DNA of 64,000 bases, from positions 1-64,000 of the forward strand of contig JABANN010000023.1 of assembly GCA_013115125.1 (NCBI GenBank), in the 5' to 3' direction. The DNA is from Perkinsus olseni. Taxonomy: Eukaryota. Below, one piece after another: positions 24,691 to 37,422 of this stretch. The notes beneath the pieces are model-generated. The model worked only from the letters and a program-made list of their open reading frames with translations, made no database searches and had not been told where the DNA came from. The position numbers were made by a program, and so were the translations under genes. Position 1 is the stretch's first letter. Every line of letters starts with the position of its first letter.

Positions 24691-27600
24691 TTACTCCTTC
24701 TCAGCCTTGGCCTTTTTGCTTTTCTTGTGCTTCAGCTTCTTCCCTTCGTGCTTCTTCTTCCTCTTGCGTCGCTTAGCTGCGGCCTCCTCCTCCTCATCCT
24801 CCTCGACCTCCTCATCCTCGTCGCTTGACTCCCCCAAAGCCTTCAGCGCACTCCGCCTCCGTTTGCCTGGCACCAACCTCTGCGGCACCCCACTACCACC
24901 ATGGCTAAGCCTACCTGGCTTCTCAGACAGGTCGTCCAGAGGCTCCGAGGTGTCCGCCCGCTCCTCCGCCGCCGGGGCCTGCTCCCGAGCAGAGGACTTC
25001 GGCGACTTCATCGGTGCGTCCTCTCCAGCCACCTCCGCCTTGGTCTCGCTGCCCTTCTTGACCTTACCCGACTTGGGCGTCCTCGGACCTACCAAAGCAT
25101 AAGCCCACAGCCTAAAGCCCCCTGCAGGCTCTCCTACCCTCAGCAGCCGTCCGACTGCGCTTCTTCTTAGGCGTTTGGTGTGCAATACTCTGGTCGGCTA
25201 TCTCGTCCTCGATATCCGGGGTATCCTCCTCCTCCTCACCCTCCGAGAACAGGTCTACCGATTCAGGCATGCCCAAGATCGATGATTCCCGTTGGCTACT
25301 ACTCTTTAAGGGTCGGCCCCTTCCCCTCTTCTTCCCGCCCTTGGCCTTGCTTGCCTTTGGCGTAGAGGCCTTCTTCCGTCCTCCCTTCTCACTGCCGATC
25401 ATACTGCCATCCACCTCTCCGCCCTCCTTGGCGTCCTTAGCCTTCTTCAAAGATCGCTTTCCCTTAGCACTAGTCTTGCTCTTATGATGAGTACCCTCCT
25501 GCTTGGCCTCGACCGGCGTCCCCTTCTTTGGTGTCGCTGCAGAAGCCTTCACCGCCTGCCCAACGATAGAAGAAACTCGGCAACAGCCCGGCTAGCCTAC
25601 CTTGGCCGACTCTTCCTTCTTAGTCGCCACCTTCTCCTCCTTAACTGGGGCCTTGGGAGACTGAGGACATCCGTCAGGTCCCCTCTCCGGCGACCTCTAC
25701 TACCTCTCCCTGTTCCTTTTTCTGCTGACGGTGCTTAGCAGCCAGCATGGCCTGCTTCCTGGCCTGCATCCTCGACTTCGCCTTGGGCCTCGCAGTGCTC
25801 ACTCGTGGATGCTCCAATGCCTAACAGCGAGGAACTCATGACCCGCAAGCTTCGACCTAAGATACCCACCGTATGCGATATAGCGGTAACCCCAGCAGCC
25901 GCTGCCGCCGTGCTCACTGTAGGGTCTACCCCTCCAGCGACAGCAGCACTGGCTTGGGCGGGAGGGGTGGAGGGAGCGGCCTGCCACAGAGCGTGAAGAC
26001 ATCGCACGGAGGACACCCTAGCCCTACTACCGGCAAGGAGGTGATGTCAGGCATCATCGGCGGGGCCGGGGATACAGTAGGGGCGGTCGAGGGCCCCTCC
26101 GCCTCCCCTGGCTGCCGTGCTGCCGCTGCTATCAGCTCCTCCTGCCTCTTGGCCCGCATGTCCGTGTAGAAGGTAGTCCGTGCCCTCTTCCTCCGAGCAT
26201 CCGTCAGACTCACCGATGTACTCGACCATCGACTGCCCTCCTTCCGGGCCATCGCCTTCATCTCCTCAGGCACCTACCACCGTAATAAAGCCCTGCCCAG
26301 TGGTGACGCGCAGTACCTCTAGCAGTCGAGAGGCGGGCTCCCAGTCCCCCAGCTGGACGTCTGCACCCTTCCACTTCACGTAGTACCTAATCAAAGGTGA
26401 TGCCCAATCCCAAAGGTCCAGGACCAACGCCTACCGGTCCTTGGGCTCATCCCAGTCAAGGAGGCACTCGACAGCATCAACGCTGACTTGGACAGTGCTG
26501 TCCTCCTCCGACTGCCCCGGAGGAGGGCTCGAGCTGCTGATACTCTCCGACCCCTGCTCCGGATACTCCCTCGTCACACTAGAGGAAGATCTATCAGGGC
26601 TGGAGTTGGGCATGAGGGCCGGCGGCGATTGTCGACTACTGCTGCCTTTCCGGCTGCCACCCTTGGTGGATGGACGAGGCACCCCTGGGGGAGAGGACCC
26701 CTCCCCTGCCACAACGGCATGGCTCTGGGTGTCCATCACCCAGTCACAGGGGTCCTCGCAGGACTTCCCAGGGAGCTCGGAACAGACGAAGATCTGATCA
26801 CGCCCCTCCTTAGCCTTGGCAAGCTCGGCTGAGATCATCCGCCACCTCCTGCAACAGTCGCACTGCACCCAGCTGTTCATCAGACTACTCGGGGACTCGG
26901 GCGATGGGGCCGGCTTGGTCTTAGGCGTCGAGGTAGTCGCCTTACGTGGTCTCCCAACCTTACCGCTCCGACCGGCCGCAGCTCCCTTAGTAGGAGGGGC
27001 CTTGGGCTTCACCGCTGCCCCGACTGCTGACTTCTTACCACCACTCGCTGCTGTCGCCCGCTTCCCAGGTAATAGTTCGGGAGCCTTCTTCGTCGTTTGG
27101 GCCTCGGACTTCACGTAAATGTTGTCCTCAGCCTTTTCCCCAACTCCCGTCGAGGAGGTCTCCGCTTGCTTCGACTCACCAACCTTCTGAGCACCTGCGC
27201 CCCCTTCCACTAATATCAGTGGCAACAGTTCGACAGCGTCCAGCATAGAGGTTATCCAATCGCATGGGTCCTCGCATGTAGTGGCCACGAAGGAGCTGCA
27301 AGTGACTCTAAGTGGTGTCTCCTCCTCCTCCTTGCCGTCCGGGGACCGAGGCCTCAGTCGCCACTTCCCACACTCCGAGCATCGGACGAACTCTCCGCCA
27401 GTAGCGGAAGCCTCTCTGTACCGCACCACCGAGCCGTCCTTCAACCGCTTCATTCCCTTCTGCCGCAGATCCCTGTCGGATGTACCCTCATACCCGTCGA
27501 CCTCGGACTTCTCTACCTCGTCATAGGGCTGCCTAGGCTTCCATACAGGACCCTCTACCGCCGGTGCCTCCTCCGCCACTACGCCCTCCTCACCCTCTTC

Positions 27601-28170
27601 GGTCGGCTCATCCACAGCAGCTGCTTCTGAAGGCTTCTCGTCGTCCTCCTTCAACTTTAACACAGATACTGGTACCTCCTCTTCCGCCGTTGGCAACTCG
27701 ACCATGTCCGGGTCCACCCCCAGTAAGGCCAGCATCAACCTCTGATTCTCATCTCCCGTGTCCAGACCAACTGGAGGGCTGCTCACCGGAGCCGGACTGA
27801 CCGAAGGCTCAGGTCGTGGCGGCGGTCGTGAAGACAACTGCAGATTCGCTAAGTTCTTGACCAGTGCGGAGGCACCGGACGAGGCTGCAGGGGAAGGGGG
27901 ACCTCCAGGAGACTTCCCTTCGCCCATCTGAGCTGCCCTTTCCAGGGGAGGTACCATCACCCCCGCTGACGCTTCTTCTAAGACGTTAGTGGACAGCAAG
28001 GAGGGACTGTAGCGGCTCTCGACAGAAGCTTCCGGCGATGACCCCTGCAGCGCCTCCATGCTCTCGTCTACTGTCATCGAAGGCCCCTCCGTTGCTGGTT
28101 GAGCATCCACTGGAGGAGGGTTGGGCGTCGGTGAGGGTGGCGGTTCGGCGCCGCCACTGTCATTACTCAT
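24691..28170 (-). CDS. Chromatin-reader protein: two CW-type zinc fingers, chromodomain, AT-hook-like motifs, K/E-rich tail
   Basis: FVRCSECGKWR...TCEDPCD and WVQCDCCRRWR...SCEDPCD (zf-CW); VECLLDWDEPKDR|YYVKWKGADVQLGDWEPASRL (chromo); KVGRPRK and RGRGRPLK (AT-hook-like). Confidence 0.82.
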
Positions 28171-28292
28171 ATACCACAGAACTGAAGGAAGCCTAAGACC
28201 CCCTCCTCCCCCAACCCAACAACCACCCCCAACAACAAGAGGAACCATACAAATGTTGCCTTTAATGTACTAGATCAACGTAAGCAGTACTC

Positions 28293-31200
28293 CTACGGCC
28301 GTCGGCGACCAGAGGGTTTGGCTGCTGCCTTCGCCTTCTCCACCAACTCCGATGCAGCTATCAGTGAGTAGTCGCCCGTGACAGTAGGTTTGTAGTAAAG
28401 CTCATTGTCCCTCCAGTACACCGACCCCACCGTCCCAAACTTGTACACTTGCCGACCGTCTACCCGCATGCCCGGCTTCTGTACCAAAGCCACGTCCGGT
28501 GCCAAGTCGTTGAGGACGTCTCCTAAGTGGACGGCAACGGCGTGGGAGCTCAAGCCAGTGGCCATCTCCGGCGGGAGGCCATCGTCAGCTCGGCCGTTGG
28601 GGTCCTGAGAGTCACGCATAAATCGGGACTGGGAGGCTCTCCCCTTTACCTTCCGGGTCTGGTCCGATTCCTCCTCAGCCGACACACTACCGTCGATGAC
28701 GAGGCTGTCCTCTCTTCCAGTGAGGGCCCGTCGGATGAGGTAGAGGCCTTGGATGAGGGCATGGCAGGTGGAGCCTGACTCGGCCACAGGGCCCAACAAT
28801 GACCTCCACCCCTGATACCACTGGAGGACCTGAGCCCAATATATCCCATCCCAAGCCGTCCCGCCCGCCTCAAGTACCTCTTCGAAGCAAACACCACTTC
28901 TCTGTTTGAGCCACTTCCTCAGCGCCCCTACCCAGGCATCGGTCATGAGGGCGTCACCTAGCAGCTTGCTGCAGGCTGCTGTCGGTACTAACCCTTCCTT
29001 TGCCCAGGTGACACACTCCTGGATGAGGTCGCCCTAGAAGGGAAGGCGTGCCCTACTCAACCCCAGCTGGCCTGTCGCTGACCTACATGCTCCTGATTGG
29101 CCGGGTTTACTTGGACACGTCTCAGCTTGTCTCCTAGGTCTCCGCACATCCTCAACTGCAACTGTTTATAGTCGCTACTCGGCAGAGTCCCCTTCCACTC
29201 TGAAGAAGGAGAGAGAGTAGCCAACACCCACACAGCCGCTTCGACCTACCTTTGAGGTTGGCCGGTAGTTGGTCCGGTCTCGAGGACAGCAGAGGCCGAA
29301 TATGATCGGACACCAACAGCGTCCACGAGCCATCGGGGATAACCCCCCGTAGGGGCTTGACCAAGGTGTACCTAACCACGGAAGTGTGCAGTCGAGGACG
29401 CGAAGCTTCGGTGACTACAGTAGGTTCGGGGATGTCCTCGAAATCCTGTCCGTAAGAGTTGGTAACACTGCTCGAGAGAAGAGGGCGTTGTACCTGGTAA
29501 GGCTATGACGAGCCGCGGGTCCTAGGAAGGTAGTACACGTAAGGCGAGGAGACCTGGCGGAGGGAATCCAGTAGGTCCACCAGCGTGGTCAGGGACGAGG
29601 TGTTGGAACATAGCCGTTGGAGGTGGGGGCAGACCACAGAACAGAGGAATCTATCAATCGCCCATGCACGACCTGAATAGGTTTACCTCCTACCTATCGA
29701 CATCCGCATCCTCGAGGATGACATCCTGGACGAGGAGACCGAGCACCAGATTGAACCTGAGATTATTCATCTCTCCTCGCTATACAGGAAGTCTTCGATT
29801 ACTCCTCCGCCGTAGTGGCCCTTGAGAGCTCCTTCTGTCCCAGGGCGCTTGCGGCTGCTAGCAAGGCCGCATCCCCGTCCACTCGGTACCACACCCTCCC
29901 CCGATCTGCGTACTGCTCCCTAAGCCTAGAGGAGGCCTCGGAAAGGTCGGCCACGCTGTGACAACCGAGCAACGTCGAGCGCAACTAAGGAGGCGGTCGA
30001 TAGTCGGTGGCCTGGTGCGATGGAGTCCTACTTCCCCTTCTAAAGCGGTAGTGGCGTTGATGTCCTCTTCGATAGCCTCCTTGCTGGGGAGAGCATCCTC
30101 CTCTTCGCTACGATGCAGGGAAGCTTCTATAGCAGCCTTACGCCGAACCTGTCCGACCTCCACTGAGTCAAGTCAGAGTGAGCCTAAGATACTACCAAAT
30201 CATCCACCTTCTCCTGCTGCATCTTCAACATCTCCACAGCGTTGTGTCTCAACTCTGCCAAATGGACCGGCCCCTCCGACCTTTCCCGGGCCGCTGTCAC
30301 CGCTGCCCCGAGGTCCCCAACGACCTGCGGCCCCGAAGGGCCCGTCATATCGATCACTCTAGAAGGGAGGGGAGCTGAGCACATCACCGATCCTCAGCGT
30401 CCGACAAAACTCAGTAGCACTTCTACCTGGCGCCTGATGAGGGACATCACCAAAGGCAACAGACTTCGACGCCGTCTTCCGCTGAGCATCCCTGTACTTC
30501 CTAGAACCCTTCTTCCATCCTTCGCTCCTCTCCCTCTCGGGCTCAACCTGAACGGCGAGGACATGTCACACTGTCACGCAGACGAGCGTACTGCCGGCTC
30601 CTCCGCTAGGTTGATGATATCGAGAGCGTTTGCTCCCTTGACACGAGTGGCTACTTTTCGGCCGAACAAATCCTGGTTGATCTGAGATCCAGTCGGTGGA
30701 TAACCTCCCAGACCCTCCTCAGGGACCGGTCACCTGCTCACCAGACTCCTGTAGGGCCTCGTTCTTCCGCCGAACCTTCACTTCGATCGGGTTGGCAATG
30801 CCTTGCTCGTTCTTACCAAGGCCACCACCCTTGAACCCCATCTTAGCCAGCATAGAGAAACCGATGCCGTACCTGCCGTTGTACCATCTTTCCCTACTTC
30901 TGTAAGTCCTTCCCCTACTACTTCGACTTCATCTCAGACTTAGTCATGTAGTTAATGGACTTACCGCCCTCCGCAGGCTCTTCCATGCCCTGCTTTAAAT
31001 CGAACTTCGGGTCGAACGAAGGCCCCACCTAGCAGCAACAACGTCGGCAGTCAGCAGACAGTCGGTCGGCCTACCACTGGTTTCTCTTCTTCTACCCGAT
31101 CGCCCTCTTCATCGGAGGCCGGCTGCTTAGGTTGATTCGCGCCAAGGACAAAACTGACCTTAGGTGCCCCCGCAGCTGTTCCCTGAGCCAATGCAACTAC

Positions 31201-31478
31201 GCCCAATCAGTCCAGGCTCTCCACTACCTTGCCCCGTCGCCTTCTCATCGGTGACCCCAGCCCAGTGTGCTCGAGGCCTGAGTAAACACTGCACAACCCC
31301 TTATGCTAAACCTCGCCGTACTTTCTAAGATCTCTGGGTCGTAGTCCTCAGGACTGCTGCTGTCCATAGTAAAGCGGCCCTCCTCTTCTCCGCCAGAGGA
31401 CGAACCATCATCATCACTATCATACTCACCTATCAAGGCAAGCCCCTTCCGCCGACGGGTGCGGATTTGGCCGAACAT
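28293..31478 (-). CDS. TFIP11: Tuftelin-interacting protein 11 / Ntr1-like spliceosome disassembly factor (G-patch + GCFC)
   Basis: G-patch [35 protein letters not shown]-terminal [15 protein letters not shown] and DGRQVYKFG motifs; N-terminal acidic region. Confidence 0.85.
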
Positions 31479-32513
31479 CGACGGCCACTGGGGCTCTAAC
31501 TGACAGCACTGGAGGCTATTGGCAGGTACTTCAACGCAAGCTGCTGATAATGAGGAAAGGAGGACAGTGTCCATTGGGGTTGGTGGTGACCCTATCCCAC
31601 CCTACAGGGGTGGAGGCACCGTCTGCAATACGATCTGTTGGCTAGTGTAGTCAGCCATGGCTACTCGGTGGCAAGGACCCCGGCTCTTAGAGCCTCTTAC
31701 TGGAAGAGCCGGTGGACCAAAGCATTATCTCCGGCGGTCTGTCCACGGCCGTTACCAGTCCCTTCTGGGCTCTCACATGGTCTTTACCTGCTAGTAGGCT
31801 ACAAGCTTATGAGCCTGCCGAGGACGCATCATCGAGAGTACACGGTATCGAAGCACCGAGGAGGCGGCGGCCTCTACTGCATGCAAGGGCAATGGAGCGC
31901 GGGCAGGTGCTGAAGTCCACATAGACGGCTGCGCGATTTATCCAACTCCTGCATGGTTCAACCTCAGCAGCCAAAAGATTCCCTATCATGAGTGGCCTCC
32001 AATGCTCCCGAGCATACCCTCCTGGACTCCACCAACGATGTCCTTCACATTACTCTAACGGGTTGTCAACCGCCGCCACAAGCTCCTCCGTGCACCTAAG
32101 AACGACAGGGTGACGGGTGACCCTTCCACGGCCTACTGTGTAGCCCTCAGCATTCACCCAAAGACAACAAGTAGAACGAAAGAAGCTTCCCGAAGGAGGG
32201 ATGCATCTCAAACGGAAGGAACGCCTCCTCAGCTTCGTCGCCACAGTAATCGATATTCTTGCGCTGTAGCAGTTGCTGCGCCCCATGCGCATGCGTGCAA
32301 GTTACATGAGAATAGAACCCGGTCGAGTGTACCTCTGAGGGTGGCCTAGTATCAGCATCTACCCCCCGCTCACCAGCAAGGCTGATACGTACCAAAGAGG
32401 CCCACATCCCTCTCAGCCCTTCGGGGGATACACCCACTGGCGGCCGGGGGTACCGTCAACGCTTTGGACGCTGAGGTCGCCGGATTTGTTGTAGATAGGG
32501 CTTGTCCTATGGT

Positions 32514-34041
32514 ATGCATACTCTCTTCATCTTCCTATTAACCCTTCCATTGAGGGCCGCCATCAACCCCGGATGCTTCCCTCCCTCTTCCGGCTTCACC
32601 GAAGCCGATTGTTGTCATCCTGAGCCCTTCGGCAACCCCTCATGCTGGGACAGCCTAGGCCACACGTACTCCCAGTGCTGTCTACCACTCCGTCCTCCCC
32701 CTGCCGACTGCCTGGCTAGGGCTGAGGGGTTGGGCCCAGCCCTGCAGCAGGCCCCTTGGTGGGTCCGGATGGAGGCCTGTTGTCGGAGCCCGAGTGCACA
32801 GGAGTGCTGGGGAAAGGACACAACGCCTTTACTCGACCACACCACGGGAGAGGTAGTCCAGCCAGGGTACACGGTTGAATACGTTAAGTGCTGTCTTGGG
32901 GAAGTGTCCTCGCTGGGAACTGCGGAAAGGTTCGCTAGAGGTGTCAGAAAGGACCTCGAGCCGTGGTTGGGATACAGACAGGCCATCGGCCCATCCCCAG
33001 AGGAGGATCCCCATAGGTGCCTCTATCGTATACGTAACGATACCATCCGCCACTGTAATTTCATCAGCAAGAACTTCTGGGAGACTATGCAAGCTGCCAA
33101 TACCGCCATTCACGCTCTGGCGGCCCTGACTGTTCTTCCCGATCTGAATGTATACGTAGCAGCCTACGAGCTCGAGCCCCCCAACCCCCCAAGAGGGCCC
33201 TATCCTAATCTGCTGTTCGTCTCCCGGCTGTCCGAAAGGTTCACTGCCACAAGGCGGCAAGGGCTAGTCCTGCCGGTGTGGTCTCTGTTCGGAAGGCTGG
33301 GCTGGGAGATGCCGTTGGCGTTGGAGCGGGCCGCGGTCCCGTGGGAACGGAAAATACCCAAGCTCTTCTGGAGAGGAACTTTCGATGGTAATAGATATAG
33401 CAGTGGATTAGTTGGGGAAGGAGTGGTATGGGCAAATGTTTCATTTGAGGAACATTTGTCCCGCGTGTTCATCGGGACAGACGACTGGCAGTTGTATTCT
33501 CGGGCAAGGCTAGTACTGCTTGGCCAGGAGTATCCTAGGTTGATCGATGCAAGATTCACTGGGGTTGCAGAAACAGCCGCTCGAGTAGAGGCCGAGGTGC
33601 GCCAGCTGGGACTATTGGCTGATCGCCACGTCCCTATGGTGGAGCAGGTAGTGATGCGAGTATCCAAGGTCGAAGCTAGTGCTGTATCTTTAGCTCAAGT
33701 ATCGGTATCATATTGACCTGGATGGCTCTGCCAATAGCGAACGATTCCTCTGGTTGTGCCAGACAGAGACCACGGTCTTCAGAGTCCACCCACGGCCCAT
33801 GTACCACTACGCCGACAGTCCTGCCATCGACCTACAGCCATGGGTCGACTATGTCCCGGTAAGGCCGGACCTGTCCGACTTGGTCCCCCTGCTGCTGCGT
33901 TTGGACGAGGGCCGGGCTAGGGCTATGGCCCAGAGTATGGCGAGGAAGGCTAAGAAGTGGATGACGGCACTGGCTGCCCACCGGGCTCTATTGGCTGCGA
34001 TGCGGGAGATAAGTGGTATGCAGGATACGCATGGTTCATGA
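32514..34041 (+). CDS. Glycosyltransferase family 90 (CAP10/KDELC/POGLUT-like), secretory pathway
   Basis: Signal peptide MHTLFIFLLTLPLRA; VPWERKIPKLFWRGT, RARLVLLG...LIDARFT, KYRYHIDLDG, LQPWVDYVPVRPDLSDL. Confidence 0.88.
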
Positions 34042-34143
34042 TAACCGAGCTGTCGCCGCCAAGGACTTGTCTTTCTTGTCCCTGGCCTGTGTCGTGTTTT
34101 GAGTACTCAACTTTGCTGGGCCGTCGATGCCAATGCGGAATTC

Positions 34144-36275
34144 ATGTTAAATTCATGTCGAACCTTCGTGCTACTACTACCGCTACTGTTGGCGCAGGGA
34201 TCAGAGGACAGAGGCCAGGAGATGGCCAGAGTGGCTGGTGGCAGACTCCACTGCCGGGTGGACCTCCCGGAGTGGGCCGACTACCACCGGGTAGTGCGGC
34301 CAAGGGGGGGGGGCGTCCGCTGAGGCCTCATCGATGTAGGTTTACCGTAGAGCGGAGGAGCAGATCTTCACCCCTTGGGACGAAGAAGAGGCCGAGCAGG
34401 AAGCCGACCTGGGTATGGTCATAGCGGTGGAACTAGCCGATCGACTCAGAGCTATCATCATGCGCAACGTCACCAGGTGAGGGGGCCAGGCATTGCTACT
34501 GTGGGCTTCCCAGGTAGTAGCTGCGGACCTAGGCTTTGTACACTGGATCTCAGCGTGCTGTCTCCCACTGGGGTATTGACCGACCCACATGACAGAATAA
34601 CCTTCCCACCCAGGATACTCCCACCCTGTCGGGCCAAAACTCCATCCTCAGGGTGCTGGAGTGCAACGTGGGCGTCATCGCCGGCTTCCATCTGCTCGCC
34701 AAGAGGCTCTCTCTGCACGCTTCGTCCCTCCCTGACCAACGCCGTGCCTACCGGCTCCGGCAGCTGGCTATGATATTCATATTCACTCTGAGGAACGCGG
34801 TCCGGATACCCCCGGCGAGCGAGAAGGAGTGGGGGACCAGCAAGGACGAGATCGTTCGATCCATCCACACCCTGCGACTTAGTCTACCGTCAGACGTACC
34901 AACCCCCGTGGCTGTGGACCATGACCTCCGCACGGGGATGAGGGTCGGTATTGTTAGCATCTGTGCATACCCTGAGGACTCACCGATCTTGCTGAGGAGG
35001 GTCACCCCAGCCAACAGGGAGGCCTACACCTCTCGGCACGGCTATCGGGACCTCATGCACTTGGAGAAGCCTCTGGGGCCCGAGGTCCATGTCCAGCACA
35101 GCAAGTTGTGGCTGATGGCCCAGTACGTGAAGGCAGGGGAGTTCGACTGGCTTGTGTGGATGGACTGCGATTCTATCATAATGAACATGACACGAACTAT
35201 TGACAGCATCGTAGTGCAGTATACTCAGAAAGCAGTGCAGAGTGGGGGGTCCTTAGAGGAAGTGCATGATTACTCGGGTCTGTGGGTGGACACCTTCAAC
35301 CCTGGTAATCTTATTAAGATCACGCAGGAGGAGAGGAGGCTGTCCTTCGAAGCTGGGCAGCTTCCCTCGGGGTCATGGGCTGAGCTGGCTTCGACGAGCA
35401 GCTCCGTTAGGGGCCACTTCGGCCCCGGCGTGGCTTTGGATGGATCGGCGGACGGGGAGGAGATCCAGTGGGCCAATGGCGCGTTGTGGCGTCGTGTGGA
35501 GGAGGTGGGGGCCTGCTCCTGCGGCCCGCTCCTCACCTACTCCCTGGCCGACTATCCACTACGGTCTCTCGGGAAAGGCTGCTCCGCTAGGTGTTCGGGA
35601 AGGAGTGGTATGACTAAGCGTGTGCGCATACCCAGACGCTGCTCCAATACAACCTGCGATGTTGACTTGGACAAGTCTATTGATATCCTCATAACCGAGG
35701 AGGGCTGGGGCCTCTCTAGCGCCAACTGGATCGTTCGAGGCAGCAGCCTCAGCAGCTACAGGCTCCTCATGGACGCCTTCCGTACCGCTCACGATCGGCT
35801 GCCCCTTTTTGGCGACCAGGACGCCCTTATCTGGCACTTGACCATGGGGACCGCTACCGACCTCACGCACTCCGGCGGCCGGCCCTCCTTCCATCCGCGG
35901 GCCAGGGTGATCCCTCAGGGCACCATCAATGCCTATGATGCTCTCAACGCTCATTACATGGCGTGTGAGGCCGTCGACGGTCCCTCTGGCCACCTCCTGG
36001 TCACCTTCCCAGGGTGCCGCGACTACCGGGCCTGCAACCCCCTCTTCGCGGTGGCCCATTCCTATTCAATCGGCACGCTGGTCTACGACCGAGACAACTG
36101 GGCTCACGTGCGGGTGTTGGGGCCTGGGGAGAGGGCAGTGGAAATGTTCGAGAGGGGAGAGGATGATGCTAGTATTACCGTGATGAATCGTCAGAAGCCC
36201 CCCGCCCCTCTGGAGGAGGGGGGCATGTGCCCCGTCTCCTATCCGATCCATGCAGTGAACCAGTGTGCCGTATGA
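34144..36275 (+). CDS. Glycosyltransferase family 34 (GMA12/MNN10-like)
   Basis: Signal peptide MLNSCRTFVLLLPLLLAQG; NREAYTSRHGY, HSKLWLM...FDWLVWMDCDSIIMNM (DxD), ILITEEGWGLSSANWIVR, GDQDALI, VIPQGTINAY. Confidence 0.85.
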
Positions 36276-36356
36276 GCTGCTTTCCTTTGCCTGGAGAGGG
36301 CTCGGCGTTGGGCAGTCTAGGTCTGCGTATAGGGTGTTGTCATTGATCATCTTCGC

Positions 36357-37270
36357 ATGAAGCCTTCTCCTCCCGACGACGTGAATCCAGTGACCGCCAA
36401 GGAAGCAGTAGAATGGGCAGTGGCGTTGTTGAGGGCGGCCGGCCTGGTAGGTCTCCTCTTCCCTACTAGCGAGATCTACCGTCCCAGGTCGAAGTGGACA
36501 TTTCTCATTTCCGCTGCCTTCGAGATTCATCCGAAGCCTCCGCAACAGCAGCAGCAGCCAGAGGAGAAGATATCCTTCGCAGTGCGTGCCGTCTAGCGGC
36601 GGGAGGAGGGTCCCCACAGGACTACCTCTCGGGCCTGGGCTACCCTCGACTGGAGCACCTGGGGTCCTCCGGACCCGCCTCGGACCTGGAGGCGATGCGG
36701 GCGGTGCTGTGGATGGTGTTTAACGAAGCCACTGGCCTGCGGAAGAGGGCAGAGTCGACTTGTACGCCTCGTCTGCCGCGGGTAATACGCCTGCTGCTGG
36801 GATTGAACCCACAACCTCCGAAGTCGGGGTTGACGGCAGTTGAGCGGCCGTCAGCTAGACCATCTTATTCCGTTGGCTCCGACCCATTGCACGCAATACT
36901 GCAGGCTGCGAATGAATTAGCTTGGTTGGATCGTGAGAGCGCCTCGATAGCAGCGGCCCTGACGAGGGTCGACTACCGAAGCCCAGCCACCATGCCCAGT
37001 GAAAAAGCTGTGAAAATCCTCAATCCGAAAATCGCCGGTTCCGTGGGGCAGTACCGAGAGGAGATAACCAAACTAGTGCATCTTGCGGCCTGCGAGGTTA
37101 AGTTCTGTGACTGGCTACGGTCCACAACAGTCTACAGGACCGAGGGGACCGCAGCGCCGGAGGTGGTGGTGGTAGGTGGGCAGTTAGTGGTTCCGGTAAA
37201 GGCTCTTCGACCAGGTACAGGATACCCCAGGAGAGCAGCATCTCCGGGCCCTGGAGGAGGAGGCGGATAG
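36357..37270 (+). CDS. Hypothetical protein (weak resemblance to TEDC1-like proteins)
   Basis: Overlapping ORFs joined by a short intron; YLSGLGYPRLEHL...AMRAVLWMV only weakly resembles the TEDC1 region. Confidence 0.45.
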
Positions 37271-37422
37271 TCTGCTTGAAGAGTGCATGTGTATACTGTC
37301 CAGTCCACCCTTTGGCCTGCATCTCCAGAAGGTTGGGGTGTACGAGCCCTGATGACCTTGGTCGTCGTGTTGTCAATGGAGGGGGGGCCTGTCGGCTTCT
37401 GTGGGTAGTATACTATCATCGT

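Noticed and set aside
31500-32490. Possible gene between TFIP11 and GT90
   Set aside because: Intron-like signals exist on the minus strand, but no coherent frame or homology could be established by eye.
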